A stretch of DNA of 59,616 nt, filler included, from Nemertoderma westbladi (GCA_032718475.1; 3 parts of 3 records of this genome joined end to end with filler, not necessarily neighbours in it); one strand, 5' to 3'; shown: positions 1 to 13,884, counted from the first letter of the whole stretch. Notes: generated by a model from the letters alone, not told the origin. Translations and numbers: made by a program.

Positions 1-1040
1 ACATGTCTGTCTGCCAGTCTATTTCTGCCAATAGACATCAATAAAATTAATTTATGAATTTAGAGCCATATTTTATATTTTGATATTATAAAGGGGCCAC
101 TTTTAATAAATTTAATATAATTAACTGTAGATTATGAACTCAATCTAACATGGGTGTATTTTCCTAGGAAGGCCATTTAATATATTTGTTTTAGGTTTTA
201 GGGCCATTTCATATCTCTGTATTTCTAATTCAGGGAATATTCTAAGGAAATCTTGATATCGCACTTCAATTGGGATTTTGGTGGATATTATTATTATATA
301 ATACAATAACTGCTGTAAACAACGGTGGGAGGTATGAGGGGAGGGGGGTAACTACAATATGCTGAGCCTGATATAATTTGAAATTTCAGGTACTATAGTA
401 CTGATTTCACAAGTTTCAGCTTAACATATCATAAATAACGAAACTGGAAAAGGATTTCACTTTACGACCATAATAATATAATGCCTTTTGTAAGTGGCTT
501 ACAAGCCACTTACGAACCGATTATTACTTACTTTTATTATTAACTTATAAGGGATGGGCAAATGGCAAGGCAAGCAGTAGAAGCCACCTTTGCCTCACAT
601 CTCTGATTGTAATCCCAATTATCCTTCCCCCTGTCTTTTCCGTTTGACACATGTCTGTCTGCCAGTCTATTTCTGCCAATAGACATCAATAAAATTAATT
701 TATGAATTTAGGGCCATATTTTATATTTTGATATTATAAAGGGGCCACTGTTAATAAATTTAAAGTAATTAACTGTAGATTATGAACTCAATCTAACATG
801 GGTGTATTTTCCTGGGAAGGCCATTTAATATATTTGTTTTAGGTTTTAGGGCCATTTCATATCTCTGTGTTTCTAATTCAGGGCATATTCTAAGGAAATC
901 TTGATGTCGCACTTCACTTGGGATTTCACTTCACGATGGGCACTTCAGTGGATGTAGACCTATATTTTTTATTATATGATACAATAACTGTTGTTAACAA
1001 CGGTGGGACTGGGAAGTATGGGGGGGGGGGGGGGGATTAA
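1..1040. repeat. Partial tandem duplication, period about 648 bp
   Basis: ACATGTCTGTCTGCCAGTCTATTTCTGCC at 1 and 649; near-identical for about 350 bp with one indel. Confidence 0.9.
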
Positions 1041-2102
1041 CATCGTGCCCGTGTGTGTCTGAGTCTGTATTCACAGAAATACTCAATATTCAAATCCCTT
1101 AACTTTTCCTAGAATTAACATACGTTTTTAATGACTAAATCTGAAACATTTTGAAATCTTAAACTATATTTGAAAGTTATTTTTTGTGGTACTAATTATC
1201 GTCTGGTGTGTTTAAAAATGGCCAAACCAAATAATTAAAAAAATAGGCCACAAAATGGCACTCTGCTGTGGCCAAAAGTGCCTTTTTGTGCAAATGGTAT
1301 TCTGAACAAGTGTCAACATTTCTGAACAAATTTCAAATCATTCCAGCAAAAATCGGCGGAGAAATAGCCGATTTCATGACAAAATATATTTCTTAGTTAA
1401 AGGTGTTTAATATGTCGCTTCATTTCTAAATTTAATATGTAGTCTGCGAAAATAACAATATTACGATCCATCGGTATTGTCTTATTTGCTTACATTTCAT
1501 AATATCGATCTTACGATTTATATTTTCATTAACTTTTTTTATTTTCTGAATTTATTTACTATTTCTCACTGAAAGTGGACATGTTTATTGAATTTTAATA
1601 GCAGCAAAATGGCCTACTTTAGACCATGTACTTAAAAGGCCATTAAAAAGGATATGGCCCCTACAAAACAATGCCCCCTGTCCTAAAGGCCTGTTTACAC
1701 GTGGCAACTTTTAGAGCAACTTTCTCGGCAACTAGCAATGTGTTGCAATTTAATTTAATCGCTGTTTAATGTTTACACGTGGCAACTTTACCAGCAACTT
1801 CACCAGCAAAGTGGCCGGAAACTTTTATAGCAACTTGGTTATTTTGACTGTAAAATAGTGGGTACTGGTTCAGTATGCATACACACACATCTCACCAAAT
1901 TAAATATTTACGAGCTAGTTTTTGATAATTTATTTTTTTGAAATTTAGCCATTTTATTTTGAAAAAATTTATGTTCTAGAACAAATATTTTTTTAGACAA
2001 AGGCCTGGTTAGTATTTAAAAAGAACGGGATGGATATAATACGTATATAAAATGAATAAAATAACTTTTTAGGCCGCGTTCACACTACCGAGTCAAAGTT
2101 AA

Positions 2103-3608
2103 CCCTATTAAACCTGGGGGGGAGGGGGCCAATATGACCCCCCCCGTGGATTTTTTATTATAATTCTGAAACAAACGCAGTTGGGAATCTGAAATTTTAT
2201 GACTTTTCCTAAAAATCTATTGTATTCCTAGTAGTGAAAACCGTTTTCAAAAATATTGGGTAGTTTTCGAGTTATAGCACCATTTTTGAACCCTACTTTT
2301 GGCACTTTTTTTTGAGACGTTTTTTGAAAATTACATTTCATTAAATATGAATTGTAACATCTCTATTTTTTATTTACACCGGTTTTTTGGACTTAGCAAT
2401 TGGATGGAATTCATATAAATTGATTTAGAAATTTCAAACTTGTTTTTTTCGGCGGGTGCCAAATTTTGGTGCCAACACCAAATTTTGAAATATTTCAATT
2501 TTGTAAATTGATTGTTTGAAACTTGTTTTTTACGCAATTTGGGTTTTTTGGGGTTCTGGTTTCGATGAAATATATACGAGTTGCACCAAGCGTATCAAAC
2601 TTTTATTTTTCGGTGCTGTGTGCAAATTTTGGTGCTAGCACGAAATTTTGAAAATCCATTCAATAGATAAAATTGCTTGTGACAATTTATTTCTTGCATT
2701 TTAGAGGTTTATGGCTGTTCTGAATTCAATGGAATATATAATTATCGAACTAGACATCTCAAACTTGTATTTTTCGGAAGTGGGTGCAAAATGTGGTGCT
2801 AGCACCAAATTTTGAAAACCATCAAATATATCAATTGATTGTGCCATCTTGTTTCTTGCGTTATACGGGTTTGTTAGGGTTCTGAATTCAATGGAAACAG
2901 TAAACATTTCATATGAGTTTTCAAACTTGTATTTTTCGCCGGTGGGTGAAAATTGTTGTGCCAGCACCAAATTTTGGAAAATGAGTAAATTGATCAGTAG
3001 ATAGTATCATCTTGTTTCTTGCGTTATACGGGTTTATGAGGGTCCTGAATCCGATGGAATCAATAAAAACAGCACTGGACATCGCAAACTTGTACTTTTT
3101 GGTGATGGGTACGAAATTTGGTGCTAGCACCAAAATTTGTCAAATTACGCCGAAAAATACAGGTAGCAATGATCTGGCATATTTGAAATGTATTCCATTA
3201 GAATCAGCGCCCTAGAAAACCTGAAAATGTGAATTTATAGCATCATATAAGTGAATTAAAAATTTTGTGTTCTAACTGAAAAGTGCTGGTTACTTGTTTT
3301 TTCATTTTTTTCCTACGCAGAGAGGACTAAACAGCCATTTATGGTAATCATATCATTTTTAAATATTTTCCAATGTATTTTGCGCCCCAGAAAACCTATA
3401 TTGAAAAACAATTAGCCGAAAAATGTAACTTTCAAATTTTGTGAAAATTGTGCACTACTTGTAATTTTGGTGCTGCAATATTACCACCCCAGTAAATTCA
3501 GACGTTTTCGTTAATATTTGTAGATTTTAGAGGGAGGGGTCAATATGACCCCCCCCCCCCCCCCCCCCCGGTATTTGTACAGCATTTTATAGCCCGGTAC
3601 TAATAGGG
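2103..3608. mobile_element. Non-autonomous piggyBac-like element
   Basis: TTAA|CCCTATTA... left end and ...TAATAGGG|TTTTAA right end; subterminal GGGG-CAATATGACCCC motif at both ends; no transposase. Confidence 0.75.
2380..3140. repeat. About five diverged 162-bp tandem units inside the piggyBac-like element
   Basis: CAAACTT anchors at about 2435, 2596, 2760, 2922 and 3085, each followed by an AAATTTTGGTGCTAGCACCAAATTT-like palindrome. Confidence 0.85.
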
Positions 3609-4089
3609 TTTTAAAAGACAAAATGTAAAACATATCACATGAAATTAATTTTTTCTAGAATGCCCTTATGTATTATATTAGGCCTATATTTATTTTCTTT
3701 TGAATTTGACCTTGACTTTGACTCGGTAGTGTAAACGCGGTCTTAAAATCTTCTATCTAAAATCTAAAAAGTCTTTTTCAATTAAATTATCATGATATCT
3801 AGTAAAATTTATGGTAGCTAATAAACAATAAAAGCAATGATTAAAGTAATTTCAACAAGAAATTTTTTTTTTAATTTTAAATTTTTATTGTTTCACTAGC
3901 TAATAAAAAGTATTAGCTAACACAAAATCAAAATTTCTAGCTACAATCTTACTGTCAAAATGTCAAATGTTCTAGAATAAAAACCTAATGATAAAAGATA
4001 TTTTTCAAAAGAAAAAATTGGACTTCTGGATTTCTCTCACAAAAAAACCGCTTTATCTAATACTGTTTAATTTAATTTGAATATATTTA

Positions 4090-6317
4090 TAAAAACCTTT
4101 AAAAAGGATTGTCCCATGCAATACAATATTCCATTGGAGCCACTAAAATGCAAAATGACCTCTATTGGACACTGTTCATAAAGGGCCACCAAAAAATGAA
4201 ATGGCTCTTACAAGACATTGTCCATTAGAGCCACTTAAATATGAATTATATTTCATAAATTAGGCAATTTTCCCTTAAAGCCATTCAAATCTGAAATGGC
4301 CCATATTGGATAGTGTCGCTTGGAGCCACTCAACTATAATGTGGCCCGATATTAGCCAATTTTTATCAACGCCTTTGAAAAGGCAATGGCCCATGCAAGA
4401 CCATGTTCCATTTGAGCCAAAAGTTCGAAATGGCCTTAATTAGTCACTGTTCATAAAGGGCCACTAAAAAATATAATGGTTCTTATAAGACAATGTCCCC
4501 TTGGAGCCACCCAAATGACAAATATTATTTAGATTATCTAAAAATAAAAAAAATAAAATGTTTGTTACAATATATTTTGTTACATTATGTCAACTTAACA
4601 GCGTTCTGGTGAATTACTCATAACGCTGCAAAGTACTACTTTGCAACGTTGCGGCCTATAGGACGGAACGCTGCAAAGTAATCAATGACATGGAAACAAA
4701 TTAAATTACCGTATTCCAGAATGTATTATTTCCATTTATGTTAATGATTGCAGCTTTATTATCCAATTTTCAGTGACGGGACTAGCTACTGTATGTAAAT
4801 AATTGTTTAACGTGTACTGTAATCCATTATGGCGAAACGTCCAATAGAAGACACTAAATTAACCAAAGAAAGTGACCACAGTGTTCAGTAAAACTGAACG
4901 GACACAGACGGTGACTAAGTTTGCTTCAGTCGACTATAGTCAAGATGGATTAATGATTTATCACATCCAAGCAGGAGATAACTTACAATAAACTTTAATT
5001 AGATTTAAATGTATAATTAATACTGTGTACCTGTTAATAAATTTCACTTATATTCGATATAGTACATGATTAAAATGTATAAATGAGCAACCATAAAATC
5101 CTTTCTTCACAAACCGAACGCTGATAAGTTGACATAATGTAACAAAATTACATACATCATTGCTTGCAAAGGTCACTTTTCAGCGTTAAAGACCCTTGTT
5201 TATTGATGTAAACCTCCCTCGCTGCGCTCGCTCGGTACATAAATAAACTCGGGTCATAACGCTGCAAAGTGCTACTTTGCACACAATGATGTACTGTAAA
5301 TAGTTATTAGATTTAATTTATACGGGATAAAATTCACATTATATTTAATAGGCCTATAGATAATTGTTACATTAGGGTAAGACGCAAAACGTCTACATTT
5401 ATGTCTCCAATATATGAATTACTGGTGGGGGATGGAATTCGTATGGGTCGTAAGATGTATTTAGGCTAGTCTATAAACTAATCCCCCACCAATGACAAAA
5501 TGTTAATAATGAAGTGTATAGTACGCGAAATAGTGATAAGTTATCCTTCCTAGAGGTACCGAACGGTCATACATTATTTCTTAAAAAAGCACAAATTTTA
5601 ATCGCTTGTCAGTGAGAATTTATTAAAACCTGTTGTTATTTACAGTATTGTTATTTACAATTTAACATATTTTGTTTGCACAAGTTTCGATCTTCAAATG
5701 GCTGAGACATCCAAATAGTGGCGCTAATTGACCATTAGTGAAAAGGTATTGTTTATTGTTTTGGGTAGAAAACACCGCCACTAATGTTTGAAATTTAAAT
5801 AAATTAATTTTTTAAATCATCTAAAAAACACATATTTTGTGTTTCCGGTCACTTTGCGCCATTAACTCGAGAAATCACATCCGCGTTTTTGACTGTCGGT
5901 CATAAGTGATAATAATTATCTATAACGAAAGACTTAAAATCGTCTAAAAACTACTTATTGTACAACTCATAATCAGAAATTACACAAAAGTGAATTGTAT
6001 GCGTTATTGTAGATATATATATTTTTTAAAATATCTGCAAAGGCATTTTTGGCTGTAGAATTAAATTGATAATAAATACTATTGTTTACCGCTAGGGGTG
6101 CAAGTTAAATTCATAAGAACTAAAGGCAATTTCCTTGTAATTGTTTATTTTGGGCCATTATGCCTAGATTGGGCCATTTTGTTCTAGGTGGGCCATATTT
6201 GCCCTAAGAGGAGGTGTACCTTTTGGGCCATCGTAGTAGGATTAGGGCCATTGCTCCAAGCCCAAGGCCATTTAAGGGCGGGCCATTGGACCTTTAAAAG
6301 GTGGCCCTAATAGTGGG
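4090..6317. mobile_element. Probable end of a non-autonomous DNA transposon with periodic GGCC subterminal repeats (EnSpm-like terminus)
   Basis: Periodic AATGGCC/GAGCCAC motifs at 4090-4520 and GGGCCATT motifs at 6150-6310 ending in ...GGCCCTAATAGTGGG next to (AT)n; other end not seen. Confidence 0.35.
4577..5300. repeat. Dispersed repeat copy 1, with internal inverted repeat
   Basis: GATTTATCACATCCAAGCAGGAGATAACTT...GCACACAATGATGTA shared with 15215-15665; TTGTTACATTATGTCAACTT inverted at about 5125-5145. Confidence 0.8.
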
Positions 6318-6339
6318 AAAGCTTATATATATATATATA

Positions 6340-6530
6340 TAATAACGACGGTCGATCTGGTTCCAGTATTTGATTACGACGGTCGATAATGTCAACATTA
6401 ATAACGACGGTCGATCTGGTTCCAGTATTTAATTACGACGCACGATAATTATCAGCATTTAATTACGACGGTCAATAATTTACAGTATTTAATTAGTGAC
6501 GGTCGATGTTGGTAGCTTTATCGGCCGTCA
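6340..6530. repeat. Short tandem repeat of about 30 bp (AATTACGACGGTCGAT core)
   Basis: About six recurrences of ACGACGGTCGAT-like core directly after (AT)n. Confidence 0.8.
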
Positions 6531-7590
6531 TAAAATTATATCGAATTAAAATACCAAAAGTATGCCATAATTTGGAGGGATCGCGTTTACGGGAACCTGC
6601 TGTTGTTGTATAATAGTCCAGTCAATCTAGCTAAAAAAGGGGGTCAACCCATAAGAAATTCGCAATCAACCAAAACCAAATTTTTTAGGTTCTATATTAT
6701 GTGGTTATTGCCCAAAAAAAGTCTATAAAAATATATGTTGCGGAACACATTCAATTTCATGCAAACATATAACCTATTTTTGCAATACCCAATAATTGCT
6801 CTTTCTGATAATGGAGCTACTGTATTTGTTTGCTTAATTATAACACAAGTTGCTTGGTAACTGCTCAATAGAACTATTTCCTATTGCTTGTGATGTACAG
6901 TAGTTTTAGACAAATCACTACAACCACTTTAATATTATGTAGTATTTTTCTTTAAACACTCTTTATTGGTTTGTATTAGCAAGGTGACTTTTTTGAACGT
7001 TCAGTGCTGTTTATAAAATAATTGAAGGTACTTTAAAAGATATCCTAATCTTTTGTGATGGCTTTACAATTTTTTCAAGGCTAGAGAGATCCGTATGCAA
7101 TCGCATTTTGTATTTTGATATTAATTAATGAAATGATGTACTTTTTGCATAGTAATATCACAACTGACTTCATAGCAACATTAAAAAAAATATTGTGTTC
7201 TAGAACAATAGCTAATCGACTACAAGCTAGTAATTTTTTAAAAGATGATTTATTAAATATTAACATTTTTTTTATTTTATTATACATACCATACATTCAA
7301 TCAACATTGAATGTTCTACAATATAATTATAAATAATTATTATAAATTTATTATAAATAAATATTATTGTAATTATAAACAAATTATATCCCCCCCCCCC
7401 ACCCTTCAATTGTTTAAATAATATAATATTTATTTATTAAATTAAAAAAATAGTTATTGACTATTATAATTTATTAGTACGAAATATTAACATTGAGCAA
7501 TATACATACTGTACATGATTCAAAAATATTAGAAACAATTTCAAATCATTTTTCAATAAATATACAAATAATTCCAATTATTTTAAGTAT

Positions 7591-8120
7591 TAACTAGAAA
7601 CGCAGCGCAAGCGTTGCGGTAAGGAGTCCTTTTCACAGAGTTATGAAGAACCTGAAATTGGTATGGTTTTTTTTGTATATGTTCAGTTTGTTTACCGTCG
7701 ATTGGATCAACATTTCGGAGAGCAGGAGTAGAATTATAACCCGACATCGCGGCACCTTTATTAGTATGTATGTGTGTGGATGTGGATATGTTTGTGGTTC
7801 CACTAGAGCACTTCAGGACTCCACCCTATTCGAACTTCTCGCAGTATAAAAATAAACGTACGTGTAGCGTCGCGCAGCACGATTGGTTGCTTACTCGAGA
7901 ACGGGTAACACGAGTATTTGACTCGTGCTGCGCGAATGCCCCACGAAAATTTTCAAAATATTGGAACTTTTCCTCTCTAGTAGGTCCATCCAAATTAGGT
8001 TGAAATTGAGTAAAGGCTTCAAAACGATGGAATTTTCCATTACAGACAGACAGACAGATGGGCGTGATATTAGGCCCTAATACTAATTGAAATTGTACGC
8101 TAGTAGCTTCGCTCACTAAT
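7591..8120 (+). mobile_element. Possible Helentron-associated (HINE/DINE-1-like) non-autonomous element
   Basis: Starts AACTAGAAA followed by hairpin CGCAGCGC-AA-GCGTTGCG; (CAGA)n microsatellite near the 3' end (8043-8057). Confidence 0.35.
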
Positions 8121-9323
8121 CGTGGCTCGTACCACAGTATATTAATTTAATACAACGTACGATTTTTCAATCAATTTTTCAACTAACTTTTGTTATTGGC
8201 TTATTTAATTCGCATGACCATTCAGATTGACAAAACATTAACTGTCCATTACTCGAAACGGAAAATTTAGCCAAACTTTGAAACTGATGAAAAGGCAGTA
8301 TGTAACGTAGGCCATGTAGGCCTACTTTAAATGTTTTTCAAATAAAATAATATATTCGATATAAAAACGTAACGAAAAACACTATTTCAATCACTTTTTA
8401 GCAAAATTAAGATATTCTGTTCTCGTGTGTTTGAGTTTTACGCTTTTTGGCATATGGGCACTCGTTTTGCTCGTATTAGAAAGTTATCAACTCGTGCAAA
8501 ACTCGACCACTCTGATATAATAACAGTCGAATATTACTAAACTAAAAATGACATTGAAAAAAGCGCTGTTTTCTGAATAGTTATCGAAAAATATTAATAT
8601 ATACCCGACCTTGTTCGGTAAAACGTACGTAACGTGGTAGCAGGCAAAGAAAGATGAAATTGGATGTTGAATTTTGCTGATCACATTGATGGAACATCGG
8701 TAAAATTTAGTTAAATTAAAGAGCATCCTACCTAATATTACAAAAAATGATTTGCTATTAATTTACCATTTATTTAATAATTAATTATTATAATCATCAA
8801 TTAAGCAATATTATAATTATCAATAATCATTTAATTAAAATTTTCATAGTTAAATTAACCTCGTCTATTTATTGAAAACAATTTACGTACAGTAATTTTG
8901 GCCTTTTTGAAGGCCCGTGTTTCGTCAGAGTCCCTTTACAGACGATGCTTCCAATGCGGCTCCAAATCGTCATCAAGGGAACAATCATGGGTGGTGGACG
9001 TAGAGCTGATATTAAGAGATGATGATTCGTCTTCGGCGCACTCAATCGGCTCGCCATCCGTTGGAATTCCATTAACTTTTTCTTCTATAATCTAAAGAAA
9101 CACATTTGGAAATATTAGTATTAATATTCCAGATAAATCAGATTTTTAATTCGAATCAATTAATCTGTCAAAATAATTACGAGCAAGTTAATTACACACT
9201 TTTAGAAATTTTATAAATGTTATCTCTGCTATGGCCTACTTGAAGTGAGAAATTACGTTTATAAATAAGAACCGTTGCCAAGGCTCGCTGACTACGTGGT
9301 GTGAGAAACAAACGTTCCAATAT

Positions 9324-9397
9324 GTCACAGATAGCCTAATGCGTAAGGCATTGTATTTCTGAACATAAATCTTTGAGTTCAAATCTTGGTCGTGATA
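9324..9397 (+). pseudogene. Degenerate tRNA-like sequence (tRNA pseudogene or tRNA-derived SINE head)
   Basis: Acceptor-like GTCAC/GTGAT, D-arm GCCT/AGGC with A-box, T-loop TTCAAAT with B-box; anticodon arm decayed. Confidence 0.5.
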
Positions 9398-10177
9398 AAA
9401 TATTTTCAATTCTTTTCAATCTCTTTGTACAAGTATAAATATTTTACTTAAATGTATGTATTGTATGTAATTTTAAATTAATATTTACTGTTATTTATCA
9501 ATCAATTAAATACAGTATAATAATAATATATAATAAAATAAGCATATTTATACGGTAGTTTCTACGGTAGTAATCTATGGGATATTTGGAGTGATAGTTG
9601 TCATAAGCTGATTACTAGTTGGAATATTAACTTTCGTTTAACCTGGAAATTACCTTACAATACACACAGATTTTTTGTTGAGGGGCTTTCAGATTTTCCG
9701 TATCCTATGACGATGTTATGCAGCCGCTTTGTTAATTTTGCCACATCAATTTCTAATTGCGCAAAACCTAGTATTCGTTTTCTTGCAAATCTTACATTAT
9801 ACGACTGTAGGTCGATTAGTGGTACGAATCTTAAGCGTATCGCTAATAAATGTAATGTAGCTATTCATTGTGTGACAGCGAAAATGTGCAATAATATTTC
9901 TTGGTTTGTAAATGATTCTAATTTACCATATATTAACCTTTGTCGTGAATTGGTCAATTGTAAACATGGGGAGGACGATTTATTCGTACCAGGTTTCTCC
10001 ACAGAGGAACTTAATGATATTTTAAATTATATATGTGCTTCGTAACCTTTAGAAATAATCCCGAAATTATAATTTAAATAGGATTTTTCAATTTTTCATA
10101 TGTGATACGACGATTGTAAATGTATATCGATTTGATCTAATTTGTAATTATTGTAAACACTTTGTAACTGTTTACTA

Positions 10178-11599
10178 CAGTGCCCGCAAAAAGTTTGTGG
10201 CCACTACAAAAATATGGCCATTTGAGCTTTTAAATCAGCTGTTCTGTTTTCTAGCATTCCAATATTATTGAATGCTGATTGGTTGACTTCAGTTACAGTG
10301 TTTACTTCGTTTCAAAGCTATTGGTGACTGTATTACTGCATTACTGTAATTACTACTGGTTATTTGATAACATCTTACAACAAATTTTATTGAAATTTTG
10401 AGTCACTTTTTGTGTTTTTTCGTCCAAATTTTCAGCTTTAACTTCAATTTAATGGGTTCAAAGAGTCAGGTTTGCCCAGAGAAACGGGCACAAGTTGTTA
10501 TTTTGCACGAGGAAGGCTATTCCAGCCGACAAATTGCTTGTAGGCTCAAGTTGTCCAAGAGTTCGGTCAATGTTATTCTGAAAAGATTCCGGGAAGAAGG
10601 AAACTTTGCGATTAAAACTCGATCGGGACGCCCAAGGAAGACCACAAAGCGTGATGACAATCTTATTAAGAGGCTGGTTATGTCCAGCCCTACTGTTTCA
10701 GCTCGCCAAATAAAAACCCGCCTTCCACTACAAACATCACGCTTATCGATACGAGGTTTACAAAATCGTTTGAACAAAGACCTGGGTTTGCCAAGTCGAA
10801 GGGCTGCCAAGAAACCTCTGTTAACTAAGGCGATGAAAGTTAAGAGAGTTGCTTTCTGCAAGAAGTATAAGGATTGGACAGCAGAGGATTGGAAACGAGT
10901 TTGCTTTTCGGATGAGTCAATGTTTCAAATCGTTGACAGTTGAGTGAAAAACGTTCGTCGTCCTCGAGGAAGCAACCGATATGACCCCAAATACACACGT
11001 AAAACTGTGAAGCATCCAGCATCTGTAATGGTCTGGGGTTGTTTCAGCAGTGAAGGGAGGGGTAGGCTGTACTTTCTACCCAAGGGCGAAACTATTAATG
11101 CTCTAAAGTACCTCGATATTATTCGGGATCGCCTCCCAGCTGCTATGGAGTCTTTACACTGCAATTTATTTATGCAGGATTCTGCTCGGGTACATACGGC
11201 TAAGATTTGTATGAATTGGTTCCAGGCTCAGAACATCCAGGTGCTTGACTGGCCCGGTAACAGTGCGGATCTCAATCCCATTGAGAATCTTTGGACTTTC
11301 ATGAAGGATCAGCTAGAATCCTTAAACCCTACATCTGTTCCTAATCTCATATCACACCTCAAAACTCTTTGGTGTACTGGGATCCCTTTAAGCGTTTGTC
11401 AGAATTTGGTTGCAAGTATGCCTAATAGAATTAAAAAATGCTTGGAAGTGCGTGGTGAAACCACTAAGTATTAAAGAGATAATAATTAAATGTTTAAAAA
11501 CCATTTTTTCTTTACTAAATTGGCCAAAAAAAAATGAAAAAAAATAAAAATAAAAAAATAAAAAAAAATGGTCTGGCCGCAAACTTTTTGCGGGCACTG
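10178..11599 (+). mobile_element. Full-length Tc1/mariner (DD34E) DNA transposon
   Basis: TIR CAGTGCCCGCAAAAAGTTTG(T/C)GGCCA at both ends; TA TSD at 10176-77 and 11600-01. Confidence 0.97.
10452..11474 (+). pseudogene. Tc1 transposase with a single in-frame TGA (10941-10943)
   Basis: HTH with GRPRKT, FSDES, FMQD-x34-E (SADLNPIENLW); the two ORF-track halves are in the same frame. Confidence 0.95.
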
Positions 11600-12049
11600 T
11601 AGTTGAACTAGGCGATCGTTATATTGATATTTAGTTGTACTACGTAATTAGCATTATATATATATTCAATATTGTACTACAGTAGTTAGTTAGGCTCATA
11701 TTCATATTCTTGTGCTTTTCCACTATGTATGCTGTACTATTAGTTGATGTAATGTAATTTAATATGTACGAAATAAATAAATAAATAAATAAATAGCGCT
11801 AACTTTATGGTATAGTATTCTGTGGCGCTAAGCAATCTCTGCGGAACACAGTGAGAAATTAGCTAAAATAAGATAAAAGATACTGTATTGCCAATGAATT
11901 GTTGACGTACTTACTTACAAGGTACTGTAGTGCATTAAAACAAAAAGATTAGTTAAAATAAAATATACTGTATATAAAACCAATTGTTACGACGTAGACC
12001 TACCTATTTAAAAGGGAATACATTAAAAAAAAGTTTGGTGTTAATGTCA

Positions 12050-12630
12050 TGTTATGTTAATTATTAAAAAAGTTATAGATGTGTTTTTAAGTTTGATTTA
12101 AAAACTGTGGTTGACTGAATTTCTCGTATCGACGTCGGTATCTTATTCCACAGGCGAGGTGCGCAGCGCATACCTCTAACACACGCCATCCGAGTGTGTA
12201 GCCGCGCAATCCTGGCTCGATCAGAGTAATGGTTTGTGCAGCTTCTGGTAACGAGACGCTCGCGTTTGACTTTGTGCAGCATGTCGTGAATGTATTGTGG
12301 CGCGTGACCAGTTAAAGCTTTGTGAGTCATTAGTATTATTTTGAATTCAATCCGTTTGCGCACGGGCAGCCAATGGAGGTTCTTTAAGGTTGGGGATATA
12401 TGGTCTGATCATACTTATGAATACCTGCAAGTATTCTATCAGCAGTGTTTTGAACTAGTTGCCGTTTCTGAATTTGATAGGCTGGAACTCCATAAAGGAG
12501 TCCATTGCAGTAATCGATGTGAGAAGTGCCCAGAGCATGAATTATAGACTCAGCAGCCTTTGTATCTAGATACTTACGATTTGAACGGATGTTGTGGTGG
12601 AGCGACATCGTCATGCGGCACTACATGTTT
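12050..12630 (-). mobile_element. L2-type LINE 3' fragment
   Basis: IHALGTSHIDYCNGLL, QLVQNTA, RIEFKIIL, APRLWN, FKSNLKTHL motifs. Confidence 0.85.
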
Positions 12631-12691
12631 TCGATATGAATTTATTCATTTTCATATAATTAAATGTAATTATAAATAATTATTTATTAGC

Positions 12692-13350
12692 TCACCTACC
12701 TGGATGAAATGTTACGAAAACAATGGCTGACGATGAGGATCGCGTTTCTTTATATACCGAAATTGAGAATAAATAAGCAGGATAACTATTGAATGAATTG
12801 TAGAAGATACTGAGCAGTGTTTGCACCGCACATATATTAACATTCTCGGTCCCTCTATCCGACCTTAAGCATCTCGGAAAACCATTTAAATTATCAAGAC
12901 AGCTCGCTAGATAATAACCAACCGTGAATGGATTTGTATTAGAACCCGAGGCTTCAAGCCACATCAGTTTTCGAGAATAGCCATCGATACAGGCATGAAC
13001 TGATAGACCGTAAGGTTTTATCTTGTCCCAACCATCGCAATGCCACAAATAATTTGGTCCCAGATTTTTATATATTCGAGGATGGCCGAATGAATCGGAA
13101 TGAACAAGAGGCCCCACAGGATCTAATACACAGATAATTTTTCGGACTGTATCTTTGGACGCATAAACATGATATGAATTAAGCAGTTTTTGTGAATCTG
13201 TCTATAGCCACTTTCCCCATTCTGATTTGAAATTTCAACGGCAAAAAAACGAGATACAATCAGCGATATCAAATAAATTTATTTGTCGTTGGATACCTAG
13301 TTCAGATCAAAATCGGGATAAGGACCTCTGAGAAATATCGATTCCATTCT
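12692..13350 (-). pseudogene. Integrase-core (rve-like DDE) transposase fragment of the GPN-WHxDG type (IS3/IS481-related eukaryotic family)
   Basis: GYRQIH...VRKIICVLDP, GPNYLWHCDGWDKIKPYGLSVHACIDGYSRK, RSDRGTEN; truncated and frameshifted. Confidence 0.75.
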
Positions 13351-13884
13351 TGTGATATAATAATTCAATTATATCTTTGTTGGGAATGTTCAACCAGAAG
13401 TAATTTTCAACTAAAGTTCGGACCTCATCTGGTGTAACATGGTTCCCCATTGCAGTTTTACTGCATTAATATTACGACTTTGAAAAATGTGGAAAATTTG
13501 CAATGGGTAAAAATCACTAAAAGTGGCCAAAATTAAGTTGGGACTTTCGTCAAAATCAAAAATTTTTTTATGATTTTGTTTAGTTTTGGCCATTTTTAGT
13601 GATTTTGACCCAATACAATATTAATTAAGTAAACATAAAAATACAACACAACACAACTAATAAAGTAAAATTGTTTAAATCTATATAAATTATAGAACAT
13701 AATAACTCGAGTTATATTAAAGAACATCACATAACCAATTTTAAGAGTGTAAGATATTGTGCATAATAATGTTGCTATAATGTAACAAAGAACATCACAT
13801 AAATCAACATTCAAAATTTGCGAAGTTCTATTGTCATACTTTATGTATACAGTTTATAGGATAGTATAGTAATTAATATAAACT

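Larger units (their letters stand above)
2072..3742. mobile_element. PIF/Harbinger-type MITE interrupted by a piggyBac-like element
   Basis: TIRs GGCCGCGTTCACACTACCGAGTCAAAG (2072) and CTTTGACTCGGTAGTGTAAACGCGGTC (ends 3742); TTA on both sides (2069-2071, 3743-3745). Confidence 0.85.
9560..11795 (+). mobile_element. 3' end of a LINE (CR1/L2 group) with (TAAA)n tail, interrupted by Tc1
   Basis: ORF2 C-terminal motif WNINFRLTWKLPYNTHRFF, ORF ends 10045; (AAAT)n tail at 11771-11795. Confidence 0.6.

Noticed and set aside
10941-10943. Selenocysteine or readthrough TGA in Tc1
   Set aside because: Non-catalytic position, no SECIS seen; simple nonsense mutation is more likely
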